The position numbers were made by a program, and so were the translations under genes. From NCBI GenBank assembly GCA_046726415.1, contig JBKPAK010000009.1:1-56443 (forward strand): a stretch of 56,443 nucleotides of DNA. The letters run 5' to 3'. Of this stretch, positions 49,958-56,443 are shown piece after piece (position 1 is the stretch's first letter; the number at the start of each line of letters is the position of its first letter). The stretch comes from Candidatus Methylomirabilota bacterium (GTDB lineage Bacteria; Methylomirabilota; Methylomirabilia; Rokubacteriales; CSP1-6). The notes below the pieces were generated by a model. That model had not been told where the DNA came from. It ran no database searches and saw only the letters and a list, made by a program, of their open reading frames with translations.

Positions 49958-51544
49958 ATGAGGAACGTGTCGCGCGCGGCGCTCGTCCTGGCGATGCTGG
50001 CGGCCATGCTGGGTGCGGACGGGGCGGCGGCCGCTCCGTCGGGGACCTTGACCCTGGTCGTTCCGAACTTTAATCGCGAGAACTTCGACCGCGGGGTCAC
50101 GGCGACCATCGACCTGCCCTACAACGGCCAGCAGTACGATGCGCTCATCGGCACCGACCGCAACGGTGAGCTGGTTCCCGAGCGCGGGCTGGCCGAGTCC
50201 TGGAAGATGAGTCCCGATGCCCGGTCGATCACCCTCCGCTTGCGCAAGAACGTCCGGTTCCACGATGGGCAGCCATTCACCGCCCAGGACGTGATCTTCA
50301 GCCTTGAGCGGTTCCGGGCGAAGGATGCCACCTGCACCTTCTGCGGACAGGTGCGGCGGACCGTCAAGGAAGTGAAGGCGCTCGATCCTCACACGGTGCA
50401 GATCGATCTTGTGGAGCCCGACATCACGTTTCCCTCGGTGCTGAGCTCCCGCGACGGCGACATTCGCATCATCGCCCGGCGGAGCTACAAGCCCACGGCC
50501 GATGGGTTCGAGCTGGCGGGGCCGCCGATCGGTACGGGGCCCTGGAAGTTCGTGGAGTTCAAGCGCGGCATCGAGAGCCGCTTCGACGCCAACACGGACT
50601 ACTGGGATCCGAAGCGGGTTCCCGAGTTCGCGACGCTTCGGGTCGTGCCCCGCCCCGAGCCGGCCAGCCGGCTCGCGATGCTCAAGGCGGGCGAGGCCGA
50701 TCTGGCCGTCGTCGATGCCGCCCAGGTGCCGGACCTGAAAGGGGCCGGCCTGCGCCTCTTGACGATCAAGGGGACGCTGGTCCCCGCGATCACCTTCATG
50801 GGGAGCTACCAGAAGGAGCTGTGGGCCCATCGGACCGAGTTCCGGAAGGCCATGGTGCTGGCCATCGACATGAAGGCCATCGTCAAGCGGGTCTTCCCGG
50901 ACGGCACCGGCACGCAGTACGCCAATGGCCACTGGACGGAACGGGCCCTCGGCTACGACCCGGCGCTCCCGCTGTACCCCTACGATCCGGCCGAGGCGCG
51001 GCGACTCCTGAAGGATATGAAGTACGACGGCAAGCCGGTCAAGGTCTGGTCGGCGCCTCTGGCCACCAGCCCGGAGACGCCGGAGATCATGGAGCTGGTG
51101 CAGGGTTATCTGAACTCGGCGGGATTCAAGACCGAGCTGACCCCGATCGAGTACGGGGCGTTCCGACCTCGCCTTGCCAAGACGCCGCAGACCTTCGAGA
51201 CCACCTATGCGGCCCACCTCCACATCGACGTCGGGTTCAGCCGGCCCATGGTCATGCAGAACCTGGCGGTGTCGTGGATCAGCCACGAGGCCGGCGGTCT
51301 CGTGTGGGCGTACTGGAATGCCCCGAAGATCGACGCGGCCTTCAAGCGACTGAAGCAGATCACTGACCTCAAGGTCCTCGACGAGGAGCTGCGCAAGCTA
51401 AACCGGGAAACGTACTACGAGTACCCGTTTTACCCGATCGTGGCGCGCAACGGCACCTTTGCGGCGGGCCCGCGGGTCGGCGACTGGAGCCCCGGCGACT
51501 ACGGCCTGGCCTGGCACATCGAGAGCGTCAAGAAGGCCAAATAG
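49958..51544 (+). CDS. Family 5 ABC substrate-binding protein
   Basis: Signal peptide; 'LAESW...LRKNVRFHDGQPFTAQDV.FS', 'PIGTGPWKF', 'YPYDP.EARRLL'. Confidence 0.93.
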   Translation: MRNVSRAALVLAMLAAMLGADGAAAAPSGTLTLVVPNFNRENFDRGVTATIDLPYNGQQYDALIGTDRNGELVPERGLAESWKMSPDARSITLRLRKNVRFHDGQPFTAQDVIFSLERFRAKDATCTFCGQVRRTVKEVKALDPHTVQIDLVEPDITFPSVLSSRDGDIRIIARRSYKPTADGFELAGPPIGTGPWKFVEFKRGIESRFDANTDYWDPKRVPEFATLRVVPRPEPASRLAMLKAGEADLAVVDAAQVPDLKGAGLRLLTIKGTLVPAITFMGSYQKELWAHRTEFRKAMVLAIDMKAIVKRVFPDGTGTQYANGHWTERALGYDPALPLYPYDPAEARRLLKDMKYDGKPVKVWSAPLATSPETPEIMELVQGYLNSAGFKTELTPIEYGAFRPRLAKTPQTFETTYAAHLHIDVGFSRPMVMQNLAVSWISHEAGGLVWAYWNAPKIDAAFKRLKQITDLKVLDEELRKLNRETYYEYPFYPIVARNGTFAAGPRVGDWSPGDYGLAWHIESVKKAK

Positions 51545-51597
51545 GCCTCCACCGGGCTCGGATCAGGAGAGGTCGGGCCGCGCGGCGCCCGCCGTGA

Positions 51598-53091
51598 TCA
51601 GCGCGCCGGCTGCGCGCCGTAGCGCTGCACGCGGTATTCGCGTCCCGCGAGGGCGCGGCAGAATGTCCCCACCACCGGCTCCAGGCGCTGGGCCAGCCCC
51701 CGGGTCGACTCGTTGGCGCCGCGTAACCGTGTCACCGCCGTCTCGGCCATGGCCGCGAGCTTGCTGGCGTCTACCGTGGTAACGCGCCCGCCCTCCACCA
51801 CCATCCGGCCGCCGATCATCACGGCGTCGACGGCGCCGCCGTCCTCGGTGTGGACGACCTGATTGGTGGGATCGTTGAGCGGCACGAAGTTGATATGGCT
51901 GGTGTCCAGGAAGACGATGTCGGCCTTGTAGCCGGGCGCGATCCGGCCCAGCATGCCCTCGAAGCCCAGGGCGCGTGCGCTGCCGATCGTCGCCATCTCG
52001 AGGACGTCCTCGGTGGTGAGCCAACGGGTGTAGTCGGGTCCCTGCACCTTCGACACCATCGACGCCAGCCGCATGGACTCGAACATGTTGAGATTGTCCG
52101 AGCAGCTCGCGGCGTCGGTACCGATGCCCACATTCACTCCGCGCTCCCGCATGGTGCCCACCGCAGCCAGCCCCGAGCCCAGGCGCATGTTGCTGCCGGG
52201 ATTGTGGGCCACGGAGGCGCCGTGGTCGGCGAGCCGCGCCAAGTCGTCGGCGTCGAGCCACACTCCGTGGGCGGCCGTGAAGTTGGGCCCCAGCACCTGC
52301 AAGGCGTCGAGGTGGGCGGTGAGGGTCTTGCCGTACTTCGCAAGGCCGGCCACGGCCTGGACCTTCGACTCCGCCACGTGGGTGTGCAGGCCCACGCCGT
52401 ACTCGCGAGCCACGTCGCGACAGCCGGTGAGGAAGTCGTCGCTGCAGTGCAGCGGGATGGTGGGCGCCACGGCGAGGGCGACCTGCTCCCGGGAGAGCTT
52501 CCAGGTATCCAGCGCCTTGCGCGTCGCCGCCAGGCTCACCGGCCACGGCGCCAGGGCCAGCCGCCCAACGCTCTCTTGCATCTCGGTGGGTAGGTTGTCG
52601 AGGAGGCCGGGGATGGCCTGATAGAACGTGCGGTCCGCCATCATGGGGGCGACGACGGCGCGCATCCCCACATCCGCATAGGCTCGGCCGACGGCCTCGA
52701 GCCCCTCCGAGGTCGGCGCCGGGAACTCGTAGAAGAGGTCGTAACAGGCTGTGCACCCCTTGCGGACCATCTCCACCGCCCCGATCAGCGCCGAGAGGTA
52801 CTTGTCCTCTTGGCTGCGGTTGCCACTGATCCAGGGGCCGGCGTTGATGAGCAGCTCGAGCGTCCAACGGTCCCCCAACCCCTTGGAAAGGTTCCCGTGG
52901 CTGTGGGTATGGGCGTTTACCAGCCCTGGCATCAGGATGCGGCCGCCGGCTGCTATCGTGCGCGCGTCGGCTGGGGCGGAGAGGCCTGGACGGCCAACCT
53001 GACTGATGGTGTCGCCGTCGACGAGAACGTCGGCGGGCTCAGCGGTGTGAGCGTGCGCGTCGAGGAGCCGTCCGCCCCGGATGATCAGCAT
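51598..53091 (-). CDS. Metal-dependent amidohydrolase (AtzA/MTA-SAH deaminase-like)
   Basis: 'PGLVNAHTH', 'HTHVAE', 'AHGVW', 'HNPGSNMRLGSG', 'IGTD'. Confidence 0.93.
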   Translation of the reverse strand: MLIIRGGRLLDAHAHTAEPADVLVDGDTISQVGRPGLSAPADARTIAAGGRILMPGLVNAHTHSHGNLSKGLGDRWTLELLINAGPWISGNRSQEDKYLSALIGAVEMVRKGCTACYDLFYEFPAPTSEGLEAVGRAYADVGMRAVVAPMMADRTFYQAIPGLLDNLPTEMQESVGRLALAPWPVSLAATRKALDTWKLSREQVALAVAPTIPLHCSDDFLTGCRDVAREYGVGLHTHVAESKVQAVAGLAKYGKTLTAHLDALQVLGPNFTAAHGVWLDADDLARLADHGASVAHNPGSNMRLGSGLAAVGTMRERGVNVGIGTDAASCSDNLNMFESMRLASMVSKVQGPDYTRWLTTEDVLEMATIGSARALGFEGMLGRIAPGYKADIVFLDTSHINFVPLNDPTNQVVHTEDGGAVDAVMIGGRMVVEGGRVTTVDASKLAAMAETAVTRLRGANESTRGLAQRLEPVVGTFCRALAGREYRVQRYGAQPAR

Positions 53092-53122
53092 GGTCACTCC
53101 CTTCTTGGCAGAGCCGGATCGC

Positions 53123-54511
53123 TCAGCGGCCGCTCGCGAGGAGCCTGGTCAGCTCGCCGATGCTCTTGAGCCGTTCGAGCCGTCCCACCACCTCCACGAC
53201 CTCGTGCACATGCGAGCTGGCCAGGGTGTCGGCGGCGAGCGCTGTGAACTTCGCCAAAAGCTCCTCACGCGGTCGCGGGTTGGCGGCGTCGCCGTGGACT
53301 ACGGTGGTGTCACGGGTGAGGACGCGGCCGTCCCGCAGGGTGACGGCCACATGCGCGGTCGGCTGCTGGGAGCTGCGGAGCGACATCGAGGGATCAGCCC
53401 GCACGTCGACACGGGCGGCCAGGCGGCGGATGCGGGGGTCGTCGCGCGCGCCGTCGAGGAACGCCGACACGTCCGTGGTGCCCTTGATGAGAGCTGCCGC
53501 CACCGCGTACGGCACGGAAAACTTGGCCCCCAGCATGGTGGCCGGCTCGGGATCTGCCATGCGGGTGACGAACGGGATGGAGGTGATGGCGATCCGCTCC
53601 ACGGCGTCGGCGCTCACCCCGTGCTCCCGCGCGAGGGCTTGGACAGCGTCGAGGGCGGGATGGTTATAGAGGCAGCACGCGTGGAACTTGAAATAGTTGC
53701 GCTCGATGCGGAACGTGCTCACGCGGTCATCGTCGCCGATCGCCTCCACGGCGGCGGCCGGATCGAAGCCTTCGGCCAGGAGCGTGCCATAGACGTCCGC
53801 CGGCGCGTCGGCGACCGCGGTGAAGCCGCAGGCGAGGAGGTGCACAGCCAAGATCCCCTGCAGCCCCGCGCGGCCGGGATAGAGGTTGCGGATGGTGGCG
53901 CCCTCGAAGCAGGGTCCCCACGAGTTGGCCGGGCTCATCGAGGTGGCGAGGTTGATGACGGTGCGGAGCTCGCCCGCCTCGTGCCCGAGCAGCCGCGCCA
54001 CGGCCACGGCGGCCCCGGCGGTTCCCCATGTCCCGTGCGAGTGCAGATTCGGACGCGGGCGGGTGGCACCGCCGAGGCGCGAGGTGATCTCGTACCCCGC
54101 CACCAGCGCCTCGATCAGCCGCCCCCCGTCGGCGCCGAGCTCCTCGGCTACTGCCAAAGCGGCGGGCAGGACGTGGATGGCGGGATGGCCGCCGCCCCAG
54201 CGATTGCCCTCGTCAACCTCGAGCGACACGCCGGCGGTGCCGTTGGCGAGGGTGGCCAGCATGGGGTCCGCTTTGTGCGCGCGGCCAATGACGGTGGCAG
54301 TGCGGAAGCTCGAGCGCTCCACGGCGAGGTCGGCGAGGCGAGCGTTCTCGGGCAAACGACTGCCGGCCAGGATGGCGCCGACAGTGTCGAGAACAACGTT
54401 CCGCGCAGCGTCGACCGCGGCCGGCGCCAAATCGTCGACCCGCACGCGAAGGGCGAGCCGGGCCAGGCGTGCGAGGTAGTCGCCCGGCGCTGCGGACGGC
54501 CCGTGACTCAT
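53123..54511 (-). CDS. MmgE/PrpD family protein
   Basis: 'NGTAG..LEVDE...GHP', 'AGYEI', 'FKFHACC...H', 'AKFSVPY'. Confidence 0.93.
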   Translation of the reverse strand: MSHGPSAAPGDYLARLARLALRVRVDDLAPAAVDAARNVVLDTVGAILAGSRLPENARLADLAVERSSFRTATVIGRAHKADPMLATLANGTAGVSLEVDEGNRWGGGHPAIHVLPAALAVAEELGADGGRLIEALVAGYEITSRLGGATRPRPNLHSHGTWGTAGAAVAVARLLGHEAGELRTVINLATSMSPANSWGPCFEGATIRNLYPGRAGLQGILAVHLLACGFTAVADAPADVYGTLLAEGFDPAAAVEAIGDDDRVSTFRIERNYFKFHACCLYNHPALDAVQALAREHGVSADAVERIAITSIPFVTRMADPEPATMLGAKFSVPYAVAAALIKGTTDVSAFLDGARDDPRIRRLAARVDVRADPSMSLRSSQQPTAHVAVTLRDGRVLTRDTTVVHGDAANPRPREELLAKFTALAADTLASSHVHEVVEVVGRLERLKSIGELTRLLASGR

Positions 54512-54552
54512 CAGGCGGCGCCGCCGATAGGCGCCTTGTGGCAGTCGCTCAT
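54511..54552 (-). CDS. 13-aa upstream ORF MSDCHKAPIGGAA
   Basis: GAGGA RBS 6 nt before the ATG; its TGA overlaps the mmgE ATG (TGATG). Confidence 0.4.
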   Translation of the reverse strand: MSDCHKAPIGGAA

Positions 54553-54610
54553 GAACGGTCCTCACATGATGCGGATCCACGCTACGGTGTCGGGGCCGCG
54601 TGAGGAATGG

Positions 54611-54639
54611 ACCTTACCGGGGTCGCCCCGTCAAGTCAA
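54611..54639 (-). promoter_or_regulatory. Putative sigma70 promoter of the mmgE-amidohydrolase operon
   Basis: TTGACT-N17-TAAGGT. Confidence 0.55.
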
Positions 54640-54791
54640 CGACGATGCGCGTCAGACGAGCGCGGAGGGTGTGACGCCCACGAACACGCACCAGCGCGAA
54701 CAGCGCCCCCGCCCCGGGATCGCGAAAGCTGCCGCGCCGCTCCCTCCGGATGACGTGCCGGTCCTTCGCCGCGCTGCGCACCCCGCCCCTC

Positions 54792-54866
54792 CCTGAACAC
54801 CGTCTGTCCCCTGGATCTCGGTCTCGAGCGCGGTCAGGGCGCGGCGCACGATTCGCGCCGGAACTC
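54792..54866 (-). pseudogene. 3'-end remnant of a second grdB copy
   Basis: About 9 differences over ~75 nt versus 32006-32080; encodes 'VRRALTALETEIQG/QTVFR'. Confidence 0.85.
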
Positions 54867-54951
54867 GCCTTGCGAAAATGAAGCCCTCAGGACGCGCGGC
54901 AGGCCGTTTTCGTCCGAACGGTGCCTCGGCGACTCACGCGGAGAGGTGAGG

Positions 54952-55173
54952 CTAAGCCGCTCGCTTGAAGACCAGCACCGTGCTGACCAGGCCTGGGAGA
55001 TGGGTGACGGTGGAACCCACCTGTAGCGCTTCGTGCTCCCGTTGAAACGCGGTCACGAGCTCCCATCCCTCCCGCGCGTGTTCATTGATCACGTCTTCCA
55101 TGTGCGTCGTCCAGACGCCCTCATCGGGATCAGGGTTCACGTCTATGATTTTGTAGCGTGGATCTATAGCCAT
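54952..55173 (-). CDS. Small DUF4177-like protein
   Basis: GGGAGA RBS; 'YKII...EDVINEHAREGWELV...LVFKR'. Confidence 0.8.
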   Translation of the reverse strand: MAIDPRYKIIDVNPDPDEGVWTTHMEDVINEHAREGWELVTAFQREHEALQVGSTVTHLPGLVSTVLVFKRAA

Positions 55174-55367
55174 AGTTTTCTCCCTCGACGAGGTGTCGCC
55201 GTCTGCTCCGAATGTGGGTTGTCATTGTTGCGAGATTCAGGCCACCCGCGATCTCCGCTCCGCCTCCCACTGGGTGGTCTGGTTGATGCACCGGCGTCGG
55301 CCGCTGCAGAGGCGCTCCGCTCCGCGGCCGACAGGTCGCTGGCACCCGACTTGCCGGTCTGTCAGGC

Positions 55368-56222
55368 ATGGCGTCGCGAGCGATCTGGAAAGGTTCCATC
55401 AGTTTCGGCCTCGTTACCATTCCCATCGGTCTATGGTCGGCGATCGAGGCCAGGGGCGAACTTGCATTCCACCTTCTACACAAGAAAGACGGCAGCCGGG
55501 TCGTCCAGAAGCGCTTCTGCAAGGCCGAGGATGTCGAGGTCCGTTGGAACGACGTCGTGAAGGGATACGAATACGCCAAGGATCAGTACGTCGTGGTGAC
55601 CGATGAAGACTTCGAAAAGGCCCGGGTGCCCGCCACCCAGATGTTCGAGATCCGCGCGTTTGTGAACGCCACCGAGGTGGAGGACCTGTACTTCGAGCAC
55701 CCCTACTACGTCGCGCCGCAGGGGCGCGCGGGGGTGAAGGCGTACGCCCTTCTTCGCGATGCCATGGCCGATACCGGAAAGCTGGCCACCGGGACGATCG
55801 TGCTGCGGCAGCGCGAGCAGCTCGCGGCGCTGGAGCCCTACAAGGACGCGCTCGTGCTGACCACGATGCGGTTTGCCAACGAGATCCGCTCGCCCAAGGA
55901 GCTCGATGTCCCGGCCAGTCGCCGCGGCTGGACCGAGAAGGAGATGCAGCTCACCCGGCAGCTGATGGACACGCTCAGCGACAAGTGGAACCCGGAGGAG
56001 TTCCGCGACACCTACACCGAAGTGTTGCGAAAGCTCATCGAAGCGAAGGCGGAAGGCAAGAAGTTCGTCGCGCCCGAAGCGCCGAAGCGGCCGCGTGTGG
56101 TGAACCTGATGCAGGCGCTGCAGCGAAGCCTCGAAGAGCGCCAGCCGCTGGCGACGGCGTCTGGCCGCCGGGCGGGATCGCGAAAGCCCGCGCGGGCCGG
56201 TCGGCGCAGGGCGGCGGCGTAG
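55368..56222 (+). CDS. ku: Ku protein (NHEJ)
   Basis: 'RAIWKGSISFGLVTIP', 'VKGYE', 'PYYVAP', 'DTYTE', 'VVNLM.AL.RSL'; basic tail. Confidence 0.96.
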   Translation: MASRAIWKGSISFGLVTIPIGLWSAIEARGELAFHLLHKKDGSRVVQKRFCKAEDVEVRWNDVVKGYEYAKDQYVVVTDEDFEKARVPATQMFEIRAFVNATEVEDLYFEHPYYVAPQGRAGVKAYALLRDAMADTGKLATGTIVLRQREQLAALEPYKDALVLTTMRFANEIRSPKELDVPASRRGWTEKEMQLTRQLMDTLSDKWNPEEFRDTYTEVLRKLIEAKAEGKKFVAPEAPKRPRVVNLMQALQRSLEERQPLATASGRRAGSRKPARAGRRRAAA

Positions 56223-56223
56223 C

Positions 56224-56442
56224 TTACGATTCCTTGCCGCGAGGTGCCCGGCCGGGGAGGCCGCCCACCTCGCGGTCGAACCCCGGAAGAATCGCTTTGA
56301 AGAAGGCGTTCTGGATCAGCTTGACGATGACCTCCATGGTGTTCGCGTCAGCGCCTTCCACCGGCCCCGAGAGGGTGGCGACCGTCGCCACCTCCTTGCG
56401 CGGGGCGTTCTTGAGAATCTTCGAAGCGCCCTCGACGACCTT
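56224..56442 (-). CDS. C-terminal part of a gene running off the window (DUF748-like C-terminus)
   Basis: Manual translation KVVEGASKILKNAPRKEVATVATLSGPV...LIQNAFFKAILPGFDRE...stop. Confidence 0.6.
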   Translation of the reverse strand, partial: KVVEGASKILKNAPRKEVATVATLSGPVEGADANTMEVIVKLIQNAFFKAILPGFDREVGGLPGRAPRGKES

Positions 56443-56443
56443 C

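Noticed and set aside
49814-51286. 653-aa minus-strand ORF
   Set aside because: Only 49325-49813 (the deaminase, with its own RBS) is real; the rest is antisense to the SBP gene
54562-54564. TGA in frame upstream of the 13-aa ORF as a second Sec codon
   Set aside because: No selenoprotein motif or clear SECIS; it overlaps the GAGGA RBS just downstream of a promoter

Overview
High-GC bacterial chromosomal region, rich in ABC transporters, amidohydrolases and gene remnants. It resembles soil lineages such as Ca. Rokubacteria, but that is an impression only. From left to right: an AraC regulator and three secreted hydrolases; an LVIVD protein, arylsulfatase, NHL-repeat protein and P-type ATPase; a Liv-type ABC operon; a SorAB-like sulfite dehydrogenase with cytochrome c; a frameshifted acyl-CoA synthetase; a decayed RHH/PIN toxin-antitoxin pair; TRAP DctP and a patatin. 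Next comes an Opp-type ABC operon carrying grdE and a selenocysteine-encoding grdB (in-frame TGA at 32261-32263 plus a SECIS-like hairpin), with no grdA/C/D in the window. An integron follows (41596-45877). Its integrase points toward the array: ORF-less cassette, hicAB, mrr, unknown ORF, attC/attI hybrid site, a second homologous ORF-less cassette, and truncated grpB. The window ends with a second, partly paralogous Opp/deaminase/amidohydrolase/MmgE locus and Ku. The most notable features are the two homologous ~380-bp non-coding cassettes that each follow an attI right half, and the orphan Sec-GrdB/GrdE catabolic operon. Several frameshifts fall in short G runs and may be sequencing errors. 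No tRNA, rRNA or CRISPR array was seen.
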